A stretch of 64,000 bases of DNA from Mytilus edulis (lineage: Eukaryota). Location of the stretch: the NCBI RefSeq assembly GCF_963676685.1, contig NC_092356.1:65348001-65412000 (forward strand), given 5' to 3'. The translations under genes and the position numbers were made by a program. Below the pieces are notes generated by a model. That model ran no database searches. It was not told where the DNA came from and saw only the letters and a list, made by a program, of their open reading frames with translations. Position 1 is the first letter of the stretch. Every line of letters begins with the position of its first letter. This document shows, one piece after another, positions 38,345 to 50,009 of the stretch.

Positions 38345-38880
38345 TTCATACTATCAATTTATTGGAGAATTTACTGGATGTTGTATTCTTCCAGATGAAA
38401 AAAATGTGCTATGTGATTGTAAAAATAACAGTGACTGCATACAAATATTGCATTCACATGGAGAACTCATTTTCAAAATCCCAACGTCATTCAGCTATAA
38501 TTCGGATGTAACACATATTGATAAACAAACGGTAGCTGTATCAACAGCAAGTACATATACTAGATGTGGACACACAATCCATAAGATTCATCCAAACCCC
38601 GGATTCATGTTATGCGACAACGCACATTTTAATGTTGTGTCGACATTCTCCTCTTATATTTAATGCGTTCCTCTCGGTTTTGGTTTGTGACCCGGATTTG
38701 TTTTTTTTCTATCGATTTATGAGTTTTGAACATCGGTATACTACTGTTGCATTTATTTATGTTGTATTCAACGGGAAGGCATCCAAAGTATCAATCTTCA
38801 AAGAGAAAAGAGTTTTTTCATTGTAAATTGTAATCTTAGTCCATTGTCTTCTATCACTTTAGTCGACAAAAGAATATTTT

Positions 38881-38983
38881 TTTTTTTTTTATTATTTTTA
38901 TTCAACAACAAATTGCACTTTCTGCTGTTAACAATATACCTCACCAGTCCAGCATACCAGTGAAGAGTCCCTGTTTGTTAATC
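38881..38983 (-). mobile_element. 103-bp poly(A)-tailed retroposed insert with 15-bp TSD
   Basis: acaaaagaatatttt is duplicated at 38866-38880 and 38984-38998. The minus strand ends ..gaataaaaaataataaaaaaaaaa. The insert is absent from the paralogous site in copies 1, 2 and 3. Confidence 0.85.
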
Positions 38984-40017
38984 ACAAAAGAATATTTTAT
39001 ACTAACCAAAAAAGAAATAGTGTGACATGTTGTGATATTGATATGAATAATATCATCTGCACGTACAGAGACACCTCTGTTTTGAAGGATCTTCGTGGAA
39101 TTGCAGTTGACAATGAAGGAAATGTTTACATTGTTAGTTATAGTCAATATAAACTTGTTGTATTATCTGCACACGGACAACAACATAGGCAACTTTTATC
39201 GGAAAAAGATTGACTTTTAAAACCTTATGCTATTTGTTATGACAAAAACAAACAAATATCGTCTGTTAATTTTTAATCGAAAAAATACGGGTTTTTTGTT
39301 TGATGTAGCAACGAAATTAAACAAATGCGTGTTTTTTTTACATTGTTTGCTATTTTATCGTTTTGTTTTATTGGGTTTATTTACGATGGTATATGTGTTT
39401 TAATGAAAAACAAAAAGTCTCTCAAGTAAGTAGAGAAACTTGTGTGTAAGATGCTGGCAATTGTGTCTGCAAAATACGACCAATTCATATTTTGTTAATC
39501 TTTGCTTGAATTTCTAATTAGGATCTATACAATTATTAGTCATGATAGATAATTGTATTAGTCAAACTCTTTGATTTCTTACTTCAACACTGGTTTTCTT
39601 TTCAGCACACGTTCTGATATAATAATTCAACAGTCTTATCTTTCTGAAAATTTCTATCAATAACCATCGAATGAAACATGTTTTTTCGATCAAACGTTCA
39701 ATAAATTATAAGCATGCATTGCATCAATAATTTCAGTATTATTTAAATGATCAGAAAGTTTTAACATATGATTTTACGTGTAATGTTGTTTACTTATTTC
39801 AAACTATTTTCCATCAAATTTTTAATACAAGTACACATAACACTGTATAGCCACGGTCAAATTTACCCAACCATACAGACCAACGTATTGTCTTTTGTCT
39901 GGTTAAAGTTGATACGTAGTTTGTGGACTACCATTTTATACGACCGCAAAAATTTTAATGTTTTGGTCGTATATTGCTATCACATTGGCGTCGTCGTCGT
40001 CGTCCGAATACTTTTAG

Positions 40018-40625
40018 TTTTCGCACTCTAACTTTAGTAAAAGTGAATAGAAATCAATGAAATTTTGACACAAGGTTTATGACCACAAACGGAAGGTTGG
40101 GATTGATTTTGGGAGTTTTGGTTCCAACAGTTTAGGAATTAGGGGCCAAAAAGGGCCCAAATAAGCATTTTCTTGGTTTTCGCACTATAACTTTAGTTTA
40201 AGTGAATAGAAATCTATGAAATTTTGACACAAGGTTTATGACCACAAAATGAAGGTTGGGATTGATTTTGGGAGTTTTGGTTCCAACAGTTTAGGAAATA
40301 AGGGCCAAAAAAGGGCCCAAATAAGCATTATTCTTGGTTTTCGCACAATAACTTTAGTATAAGTAAATAGAAATCAATGAAATGTTAACACAAGGTTAAT
40401 GACCACAAAAGGAAGGCTGGGATTGATTTTTGGAGTTGAGGTCACAACAGTTTATGAATTAGGGGCCAAAAAGGGGCCCAAATAAGCATTATTTTTGCAC
40501 CATAACTTTAGTATAAGTAAATAGAAATCTATGAAATTTAAACACAAGGTTTATGACCATAAAAGGAAGGTTGGGTTTGATTTTGGGAGTTTTGGTCCTA
40601 ACAGTTTAGGAATAAGGGGCCCAAA
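40018..40625 (+). repeat. Tandem array, about 4 units of ~158-161 bp
   Basis: ttttcgcac..taactttagt..gaaggttgggattgattttgggagttttgg..ggcccaaataagcatt recurs at ~40018, 40177, 40338 and 40494. Confidence 0.9.
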
Positions 40626-40630
40626 GAGTT

Positions 40631-41145
40631 CAAAATTGAACTTTGTGTGATTTCATCAAAAATTGAATAATTGGGGTTCTCTGATATGCCGAATCTAACT
40701 ATGTATGTAGATTCTTAATTTTTGGTCCCGTTTTCAAATTGGTCTACATTAAGGTCCAAAGGGTCCAAAATCAAACTTGGTTTGATTTTAACAAAAATTG
40801 AATCCTTGGGGTTCTTTGATATGCTGAATTTAAAAATGTACTTAGATTTTTAATTATTGGCCTAGTTTTCAAGTTGGTCCAAATGGGGGTCCAAAATTAA
40901 ACTTTGTATGATTTCATCAAAAATTGAATAAATGGGTTCTTTGATATGCCAAATCTAACTGTGTATGTAGATTCTTAATTTTTGGTCCAGTTTTCAAATT
41001 GGTCTACATTAAGGTCCAAAGGGTCCAAAATTAAACTAAGTTTGATTTTAACAAAAATTAAATTCTTGGGCTTTTTTTATATGCTTTATCTAAATATGAA
41101 CTTTGATTTTTGATTATGGGCCCAGTTTTCAAGTTGGTCCAAATC
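40631..41145 (+). repeat. Tandem dimer of ~260 bp built from two related ~130-bp subunits
   Basis: caaaatt(g/a)aact..gattt..caaaaattgaa..ggttct..gatatgc recurs at ~40631, 40766, 40891 and 41026 with alternating similarity. Confidence 0.85.
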
Positions 41146-41160
41146 AGGATTCCATATCAA

Positions 41161-41570
41161 GTATTGTGCAATAGCAAGAAATTTTCAATTGCACAGTATT
41201 GCACAATAGCAAGAAATATCTAATTGCACAATATTGTGCAATAGCAATTAATTTTCAATTAGAGTTATCTTTCTTTGTATAGAATAGTAGTTGATAATAT
41301 ATGTTGGAAATTTGCCAGACATGACTATGATGTCATTTTCTATTTTTATTTGCCAATAACTTTATGTAAATAACTTCATTGGAAATTTGCCAATATAAAA
41401 TGTTGCTGATGAAGCTTTTTTTCCTTATCTTATCTAAAATGTTTTTAGATAATGTATGTTGGACATTTGCCAGACATGACTATGATGTCATTTTCTATTT
41501 TTATTTGCCAATAACTTTATGTAAATAACTTCATTGGAAATTTGCCAATATAAAATGTTGCTGATGAAGT
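41161..41570 (+). repeat. Three ~35-bp units followed by two ~156-bp units
   Basis: tattg(t/c)(g/a)caatagcaa three times in 41161-41260; tgttgga(a/c)atttgccagacatgactatgatgtc at ~41302 and ~41457. Confidence 0.8.
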
Positions 41571-42631
41571 TTTTTTTATTGTTTTATACAATAAACAATG
41601 TATATTCACTTTTACTACCAACCAATCTTTACCATTCAGTGATAACAAGCACTTTATTTTACATTTTAATATTTTATGATGTATTTAAAAGAGTAGTTAT
41701 TGTTGCAAACTCCATTAGAAATTTGAATTGATATCAGTTTTGGAAAAAGGGAAACGGGGATGTGAAAAAAAGGGGGGGGTTTAAATTTTTCTAATTTCAA
41801 ATTTCATAAATAAAAAGAAAATTTCTTCCAACATTTTTTTGAGAGGATTAATATTCAACAGCATAGTGAATTGCTCAAAGGCAAAAAAAAACTTTTAAGT
41901 TCATTAGACCACATTCGTTCTGTGTCAGAAACCTATTCTGTGTCATGATCAGCTATTTAATTTTAGATTTAAAAAGTTTGAAGAAGAAATCTTTAATTGA
42001 TTTGTAAAATCTTGACATTTGTTTTGTGTAAAAAAAAAAAGCATGTAATGTCAAAAATTTGATCACAATCCAAATTCAGAGCTGTATCACGCTTGAATGT
42101 TTTGTCCATACTTGCCCCAACTGTTCAGGGTTCGACCTCTGCGGTCGTACAAAGCTGCGCCCTGCGGAGCACCTGGTTATTGTTTGAAATTTAAAACACT
42201 AGATTGAGTATTAATTTAATTTACATGAATCTATCAAAAAGGCATAGTTGTATTCAACGAGTATTAAATACACTTAAGTAAGTAATCTACAATTAACAAT
42301 AATTAAGATTTGGACAATATGACAGATAGTAAAAAATGATGAAAACTTACCCTCTAAATCAAACTCCAGAATAAAAAACAATATTAAACATGATTGTGTT
42401 GTAAAAATAAATATCGAAATAAGATTGGAATTCATATATATTTGTCTCGAATGTAACTTAGAAATTTGTACTTTGTAAATCCCGCTATCTCAACTGTAAA
42501 CGTCGTGTTATTAGATATATTGCATTAGACATATGACAAAACAACTTCCTGGTTTAAATTCCGGCGACATTTTTATGTTACAATGGGTACGTGTATTAAT
42601 TATATTGTCTTTCTTTTTTGTACTCACTTAA

Positions 42632-42804
42632 GGTCCATCTGTACACTTAAACAAAAATGGCCGTGTTTACACCATAAGATTTTCTCTGAGTGCAGATAAA
42701 ACTGTGAAATTTGAAAAGATTTAAAGCCTGGCAGCTCCTAGAGAATTACATATTACATCGAATTAATGTTTTAAAAAGTTTTTGTTAAAGTGTATATATG
42801 AACC
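42632..42804. mobile_element. 173-bp TTAA-flanked MITE (Kolobok-like)
   Basis: ttaa|ggtccatctgtacacttaaacaaaaa versus the reverse complement of the right end ttaa|ggttcatatatacactttaacaaaaa. Confidence 0.8.
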
Positions 42805-43666
42805 TTAATGCTTTAAAATAATTCATGTATAATTGATAATATGCTGATACATATCATAACTTGACTGTGATTTGTGTGCATAATAAAATAACTATCTATG
42901 ATGTTTATTGATATTGTTATACATATATTGATTTACTCGTTTTTATTTGATTGTATTTGAATTGTCTCCCCTTGACTTTGGTTGTCATTTACTGTTGTTA
43001 TTTATTTTGTGATTCTGTCCAACATGTCCTGTCTTGCCCTTTTCTGTAACTGATTTCTGATGGCCTCTTCTGGTACCTCTCATGTCTGACATCATAGTAT
43101 TGACATAGTAAATAAGAACTCTTAAATGATGCACGTCAATGGGATAGCTTTGTTGAATTTTTTTCTGTTTAGTCCATTTTGGTAATACACTTTTGGGTTG
43201 ACTACTAGGTGTTTAACTATTTATAAATAGTGCTAATGTGTAATTGTGCTTGGGTCATTTTTGTGTTGTTGATTTTGTTTCTTGTTAACTTTGTCTTAAT
43301 AGTGTATATATGCCATTTTGTAATTCTTTGTTGAAACAGTTATTTGTTTTTATCCCAATTTTTGACATTTTTACCTTTTATGTCTCGCTCACACATTGTT
43401 GTCAATATAATGGAGTTATATGCGACTGCCATACAAGTGAGAAGTTAAAGCAATTAAACCAGGTTCAATCCACCATGTTCTTCATACGCAAGTAAATGAT
43501 TGAACCAAGTCAGGAGTATGGCAATTAGCCTCAATGCGTTTTGTGTGTTTAAGCTTATGATTATTGCATCTGATAAAGGACTTTTCGTTTTGAATTTTCC
43601 TTGAAGTTCGGTATTTTCTTATTTTACTTTGTTTTGTTATACATTTCTTTTTATATTTTAACAGCA

Positions 43667-45352
43667 ATGGCATCAAATCCTACATTTTGTGGTATATGTG
43701 ATCAACGTCATATCACAAAGCCTTCAAGCGACTGGTGTTCCGAATGTAACCAAGCTCTTTGTACCGAATGCAAAGATTTCCATGCACTTTCCAAAGCTTC
43801 ACAAAACCATTCCACGATAGCGGTATCTAACTACTTAGCTCTTGGCTCCTCCTTTTCTCAAATAGAGGGACACTGCTCTGTGCACGACGAGAAATACCAA
43901 TTATTTTGCCAACCCCATGACTGTTTATTATGTCTTTCGTGTTTAGAAGAACACGCGAAGTGTGAAGCCGTCGTTCCTATCAGTAGGTTAACCAAAGATG
44001 TCAAAACTTCTGAAAGTTTTTTGGACAATCAAAAGAGTCTATCGGACATCATATTAAATCTTTCAAAAATACAATGTCATCTAGAGGGAAATGTTCAGGA
44101 TATTAAAAAACAGAAAGAATCATTTCTTCAAGAAATAATTCAAATAAGAGAACAGATTGACAGCCATCTGAATCAAATTGAAAACAATCTGAAAACAGAA
44201 TTAGATAAACTAGTTGATGATCAGTGCAACACAAACATTGGCAAGACTTTGAAAGAGATACAAAAGGAGCAAACGAAGATGGAAAATTTTCAGCAGCAGA
44301 TAAATGTCCTTAATGAATATGGATCAGATTTGCAAATCTTCTTTGGCCAACGAGAAATTTCATTAAAAACGGAAACCACCTATAAGTACTTGCAGGCATT
44401 CGAAGACAATGGTAGCTTAAATAAAATGAGAATTTCTCATAAGATTGATAGACTGATTTTCGCATTTTTAAAAGAAGTAAAGAGTCTATGCTCGATTCAG
44501 GTACAGAAAATTCCTAGTGGGATTGTCTTGGAGAGATCAAAACACAAACAGGCGCAATTAGTTGGTGTAAAAAAAAGTTCTATCAATGATATCAAACTCA
44601 AATTAGAACATACTTTCAAATTAAGGGATGATGTTAGCGGGTGTTGTTTTCTCCCAGATGGAAAGCTTGTTCTTTGTGATCGTTCGCGTAATGATAGTGT
44701 AATAATATTGCATCCACATGGAGAATTGATGTTTGAAACTTCAATGTCGCCAAGTTTTGCTTTTGATGTGGCATATAATGATGACAACACTGTAGCTGTA
44801 TCATCAGACTACCCTTCCTACAAGCAAATAAATATTATAAACATAGATACAAAGACAATAAGGTCTATCCGTACTGAAGATGCATGTTCTGGCATCACAC
44901 ACAAAGAGGAATCACTAATTGTTTGCGTTAGAGGTAAAGGTATACAAAAAGTCAATAAACAAAGTGGGGAACGTACTTCTATTGTGTCCTGTAAATTAGG
45001 TTCGTGGTCTTATATTGTTTCTAGTGACAATAAACTATATTATACGAACAGAGATGACAATACCGTAACATGTTGTGATATGGGAGGTAATATTATCTGG
45101 ACATTTAAAGACGAGAATGTATTGAAGGATCCTCGTGGTATAGCAGTTGATAATACAGGAAATATTTATACTGTCAGTAACAATAATAATACACTAATTG
45201 TGCTGTCTGCCGACGGACAAAAAAGAAGACAACTCTTATCAAAAGACGATGGACTTCACAATCCGAATGCTTTAGCTTATGACAAAATTAGAAATCGTCT
45301 TTGCGTGTTAAATTTAAAAAATGCCGGATATTTATTTGACGTAACATTTTGA
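43667..45352 (+). CDS. RING-less TRIM-like protein, copy 7 (subfamily B)
   Basis: Start inferred at ATG 43667 (ttttaacag|ca|ATG), in frame with the track ORF 43601..45352. Intact B-boxes, coiled coil and propeller (DPRGIAVDNTGNIYTVS), ending GYLFDVTF*. Confidence 0.92.
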   Translation: MASNPTFCGICDQRHITKPSSDWCSECNQALCTECKDFHALSKASQNHSTIAVSNYLALGSSFSQIEGHCSVHDEKYQLFCQPHDCLLCLSCLEEHAKCEAVVPISRLTKDVKTSESFLDNQKSLSDIILNLSKIQCHLEGNVQDIKKQKESFLQEIIQIREQIDSHLNQIENNLKTELDKLVDDQCNTNIGKTLKEIQKEQTKMENFQQQINVLNEYGSDLQIFFGQREISLKTETTYKYLQAFEDNGSLNKMRISHKIDRLIFAFLKEVKSLCSIQVQKIPSGIVLERSKHKQAQLVGVKKSSINDIKLKLEHTFKLRDDVSGCCFLPDGKLVLCDRSRNDSVIILHPHGELMFETSMSPSFAFDVAYNDDNTVAVSSDYPSYKQINIINIDTKTIRSIRTEDACSGITHKEESLIVCVRGKGIQKVNKQSGERTSIVSCKLGSWSYIVSSDNKLYYTNRDDNTVTCCDMGGNIIWTFKDENVLKDPRGIAVDNTGNIYTVSNNNNTLIVLSADGQKRRQLLSKDDGLHNPNALAYDKIRNRLCVLNLKNAGYLFDVTF

Positions 45353-46254
45353 AAAGAGTAGTTAAATGTGAAAAGTATGATGTTTGATTGACTGGGAGGA
45401 TTTAGTGTGCATATGTGTATTTTGTGGAGTTTTAGTTGTCGTTTTCAATAAAGGCAACAGTAGTATACGGCGGTTCGAAATTCATAAATCGATTAAGAAA
45501 AAAAATCCTGGTAGCAAACTAAAACTGAGAGAAACACAACATAAACAAACCATTAAAATGTAACGCACAAAGAATCGAACTATAAAATAGCAATGGCCGT
45601 TTTTTTTTACTTGGTACAGGACATTTTAACCCCAAAAAAAATGATGGGATGAACCTGGTCAAATTTGTAAATAAAACTTGTTTATCATTTTCTTTATAAC
45701 ATACCTCATTCATACATTTGTCATATGAAAATCAAAAGTAACAGAAACAAGCAAACCAGAAGAGGCAGTTACATGTAAGCATACCACTCTACTCTAAATG
45801 GTCACAAACATAATTAACTCTAATAATTATTGGCTTATTGTCAAATTAAGCTTTGATTTGTTCAATAGATACTATAAAAAAATATATTGTTTTCAAATTA
45901 AACAAACGGAAACATAGATTATAAGTTGTTAACTTACTAGGGGTCATTTTGAAGTAAGACACGAAAATATGTTCAAGTATAAAACAGTAGCAACGGTGTG
46001 TTGTCGTTGTTGAAATCTCGACATTTCATAAAGATAGTACACATCAAATTGGAAGCATTAAGGCCGCAGAAGTTTTTCGTGATTGAAATTTTGTCAATCG
46101 ATTACAAGAGACAATAATTGAGGGACTCGCATTTATCTCGAAACGGATCGAAGTCGGGCTGATAGACAGGCATAGCTTCTCCTGTTTAGCATACACCATC
46201 GTAAACAAAATGTCCCTAAAAGAACACAACTAACGAGTCTGTTTACTTATCTAC

Positions 46255-46824
46255 AAATTGACAATGAGAGTCGGTTGAAAAAGAAATTACGACAAGAGAT
46301 GATTTCAGCTTCCCAATTGAGGACTTTTTATTTTGATGTAGCAACCTGCATACGGAGTATATATCTCCCAATTGATACAATATCCCAAGGGTCGTATTTC
46401 CTATCATGATTTAGGTGGTTGCTGCTCACAAAAAAGCTATTAAACCAAGAGTTCCAAATGGTGAATTTGGAATCATGCCTTCGTACATTTTACAGACGCC
46501 ATCATTGCCGTTTCACAGATGATATTGGATATATTCCTTACGTCGTAACTACAATCCCCTTCCCTTTTCATGAATATGACCTACCATATTAGAGTATTTA
46601 CTGGGTTTGTAATAAAAAGAGCAACACAACAAGTGCACATATGGAGCAGGATCTGCTCACCCTTCCGGACCACCTGAGATTACCCCTAGTTTTTGATGGG
46701 GTTCGAGTTGCTTAGTCTTTAGTTTTCTATGTTGTGTGCTATTAATTGTCTGGTTTTGTTTAGCCATGACGTTGTCAGTTCATTTTAGGATCTACAAATT
46801 TGATAGTTCCTCTTGTATCTTTCG
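46255..46824 (+). mobile_element. Degenerate Penelope-like RT 3' fragment whose tail is interrupted by a hAT element
   Basis: aaattgacaatgag..tacgacaagagatgatttcagcttcccaatt..tacggagtatatatctcccaattgataca, followed by the family 3' tail. The last bases (cctctcttt) resume at 48021. Confidence 0.75.
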
Positions 46825-48012
46825 TGGGGATGGCGACGAGTACTCGAGTACCCGGGTACTCGCTCGGAAGGCCGATTACTCGAGTACAATTTTAGTACTC
46901 GGATACTCGTTTGCCTATTATACATCTTGAGATATGTCTCTTCACATTTCTACTCACTTTAGTTCAGTTGAAATATCGCCTTTGTAATACCAAATCAATC
47001 GATTACCCACATACAAAATGTGCATGTGTTTATCCTGAAGATACTATTTGTTATAGTAGTATACCAGCAACGTCCAATCCTTGAGAGTTAATTTACTTGT
47101 AACAAAAATTAGAAAGTCAAACAGTCTTTCGTCCGAAATTGTTGACCAAATCATATTTCAAAACAAGAACAAAATCAAAGTGACCTGTGGTGAACCCTAC
47201 GTAACTGATTAGAGACATTTGTTAACAATGTTTGTACACGAATCAATACTTTCATTGATTAATAATTAACTCATCACAAGCCGTAAAACTTAAATTTGTT
47301 TGTTTATCAAGATTTCTATGTAAATGAGATTGGTATGATATGTTAATTTAAATTAATTTAATTACTCTGTTTGTGAAACTGAACTATTCTGAAACTTAAC
47401 TATAATTGTTTAATTACAACTTATAGGTATGCGAAAAGACGAGAACGACATTCAAACCCAAAAGTCGAAAATAAACTGACAGTGTCATGGCTAAAAAAAG
47501 AAAGAAAATCAGAGAACTGATAGCGCAAAAAAAAACCAGAAAAAAAGTAAGACTGAGCAACACGAAAAAGCACAAGTATTTTTAAGTCCAATATTGTTGT
47601 TGACAAATTATTGGACAAGTTATATTTTAAAAACAAAATACCAACTCTTCAGGAACAGATGATACATATATCGTCTTCTTTGTCGGACTTTATATGCAAA
47701 TATTTTTTTTTATTTTATTGGAATTTGGTTCAAGAACACGCACTCAAATAATGATTGATATTATGTTAGGTTGTTTGTAGAAACGGCGGTCACTAATTGA
47801 TTGTTTACCCGACACAAAAAAAAACACCAGAGGATCAAGTTATGTTTGAAGTACATTTGTCTTTCGTTAGTTTATGAAAGGTAATAAAAAAATAAAACTG
47901 CTGCCCACCTTAAGTCTGAATAGACGTTTAAGATTTATCCGAGTACTCGCGAGTACTTGAGTATCCTGATCGAGTATTCGAGTATTAAATTTCAAATCTT
48001 TTGACATCCCTA
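46825..48012. mobile_element. Non-autonomous hAT-superfamily DNA transposon (~1.19 kb)
   Basis: Termini tggggatggc and gacatcccta (TAGGGATG-type TIR). Perfect 8-bp TSD atctttcg at 46817-46824 and 48013-48020. Clustered subterminal gagtactc/ctcgagta repeats at both ends. Confidence 0.9.
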
Positions 48013-48024
48013 ATCTTTCGCCTC

Positions 48025-48430
48025 TCTTTTGTAGACAAAACTCACGTCTGGTGCAAACATAAAATTTCAATCCTAGTATCTATAATGAGTTTATTTAAAA
48101 CCACTTGGTCGATGCCACTACTGGTGGAGTTTTTATTCCCCGAGGGTATCATCAGTCCCGTAGTCAGCTCATTTGTGTTGACATGAATTGATATTGATAT
48201 GATCATAATTATAAATTAACTGTTTACAATAGTTTTAATTTTTAAAATACTTAGGCGTTAATTACCTCGGAAATAGATTACCTTACCCATATTTTCAAAA
48301 CGTTTATGATTTTTTTTATGCTTTATGCTCTACAAATTCGTTCTTTATTTCGCCCTTTTTCACTTATTTTTTATTCGAGCTCTACTGATGAGTCTTTTGT
48401 AGACTACATGGACATCTAGCTCAATTTATG
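48025..48430 (+). mobile_element. Degenerate retrozyme-like unit (~368 bp) bounded by hammerhead-ribozyme-like motifs
   Basis: tcttttgtagac occurs at 48025 (followed by aaaactcacgtctgg) and at 48393 (preceded by ctgatgag). Together they reconstitute a minimal CUGAUGA-stemII-GAAA-stemIII-GUC hammerhead. Each copy is mutated or truncated. Confidence 0.6.
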
Positions 48431-49302
48431 AGTTGATGAAGTTATCGATCGATTTACGGATCTGTTATATTTCTGTCGACAAAATAGTGATGGTGACCTT
48501 TAAACGTTAAACCCCTGTTTTATTTAATTCATTAGTTATTCCACATGCACAAAACTTTTATTTCATTTTGTCAGATCTTGTACACTACAAGATAACGTAG
48601 ATAACGACAGATTATAGGACCTTACGTGAACATATGTGTATAACTTCATTATCTTATCTACTATACATTTGTAGGATTATAATTGGTTCAAAGCAACCGT
48701 GTGGAGACCGTACATATTTCATATTAGGTTAGCAGATTCCATATAAGGTTATTAAGGTTCCATATTAGTTTTGTAGGGTTTCATATTAGATTAGTAGGGT
48801 TCCATTTAAGGTAGTTAAGCGGGGCGTATTTCAATACACGCGCACTACAAAAGTCTAAAAGTCTGAAAAGACCAATTTTTGTCTTAATTTGCATGAATTT
48901 TTACTCAGCATTCTCCAAAAGTATGATTTAATTTTTCTTGGCAAACTCTCATTTATATTAAGTTCGTATGAAATTTACTCGACAAATTCTCGACATTCTT
49001 AGTATGGTCTTAAAATGTCTTGACAAATTCTTGACATTTGAGTACTGTCTTAAAATTCTCGACATATTCTCGACATTCTTATTTTTTCTCAGTATGGCTT
49101 CACATATTCTGGATATTTTGAATTGTGTCTTAAATCTACTTGACAATTCTGAGTTTTCATAGCATGATCAATATACATCATATAACTTTGTCTTTATTTC
49201 TCTTTATATAATGTACAGCTGTTTCATGTTACACTTGTTACAACACAATCAAAAGTAAGGCATGTAAAACAATTGATATTTTGGGTATATATATACAAAT
49301 CT

Positions 49303-49524
49303 TGACGAAAGATACCAAAGGGACAGTCAAACTCATAAATCTAAAACAAACTGACAACGCCATGGCTAAAAACGAAAAAGATAAACAGAAAAACAATAGC
49401 ACACACGACACAACATAGAAAACTAAAGAATAAACAACACGAACCCCACCATAAACTAGGGGTGATCTCAGGTGCTCCGGAAGGGTAAGCAGATCCTGCT
49501 CCACATGTGGCACCCGTCGTGTTG
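49303..49524 (-). repeat. Penelope-like 3' tail fragment
   Basis: gacgaaagataccaaagggacagtc..gatcctgctccacatgtggcacccgtcgtgttgc is near-identical to 62588-62812. Confidence 0.8.
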
Positions 49525-50009
49525 CAAAATGTTATCATATCAACAACAAAAAAGATATAAGTATGTTATAATTGCATGCTACCATTACTAGGTACATTGT
49601 CAATCAGATATACAATAATTTAAATATTGTTTTAAATAGATAGCGATCTAGTGCAATTTGACTTTAATTTCTTAATCTGCTTGATTTCACATTACAGGTT
49701 AAAAATATATGTTGATCATCGTTTTTAAACGAATGTTTGGGGATCGTATCAGTCAATCAATTGGTTTACCCTTGTTTCACTTTAAATGTTGACATTATGT
49801 CCTTTTGCTAATTGAACACCCCTTATTTATGAGTAACACATCTTTACTTAAAGGGATAATCTGAAGGTCACATGACCTAATTGTAAAATAATGAAGCAAA
49901 CTGGCTTCTAAAAGCGAATAATTGTTTTACTATTTAACTGTCATTTATGATTGCGATAAACAAAACAAAGAATATAGCACATGTTAACATTTTCATAGTA
50001 AGTTTTCTT

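Larger units (their letters stand above)
35313..39310 (+). pseudogene. TRIM-like copy 6 (subfamily A), frameshifted and split by the same Ngaro-type insertion as copy 1
   Basis: 1-nt deletion near 35670 (ataaaagct>ataaagct). Host homology stops near 36235 and resumes at 38345. Further SINE-like and poly(A)-tailed inserts and a stop lie in the propeller half. Confidence 0.9.
33590..39778 (+). repeat. Segmental duplicate of ~6420-12932 (offset ~27 kb) including upstream region, gene, Ngaro element and 3' flank
   Basis: Colinear from aatcatttt..aagac..cac.aaccgtgtc (6423/33598) to tcagaaagttttaacatatgattttacg (12932/39778). Confidence 0.92.
39934..42178 (+). mobile_element. Non-autonomous Helentron-type element (HINE/DINE-1-like) carrying composite tandem repeats
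   Basis: 5' subterminal repeat tatacgaccgca (39937) with nearby complement tggtcgtata (39964) and a (GTC)n microsatellite (~39989). The 3' inverted copy tgcggtcgta (42140) is followed by the GC hairpin gctgcgccctgcggagc and a T-rich end. Confidence 0.8.

Noticed and set aside
40018-41570. Regular repeats as a possible CRISPR array
   Set aside because: Units are contiguous 130-160-bp monomers without unique spacers, there are no cas genes, and the context is eukaryotic.
49238-49538. Recurrent hydrophobic ORFs (MPHVEQDLLTL.., also at 2379, 2738, 51713, 54286)
   Set aside because: Chance translations of the T-rich Penelope-like 3' tail.
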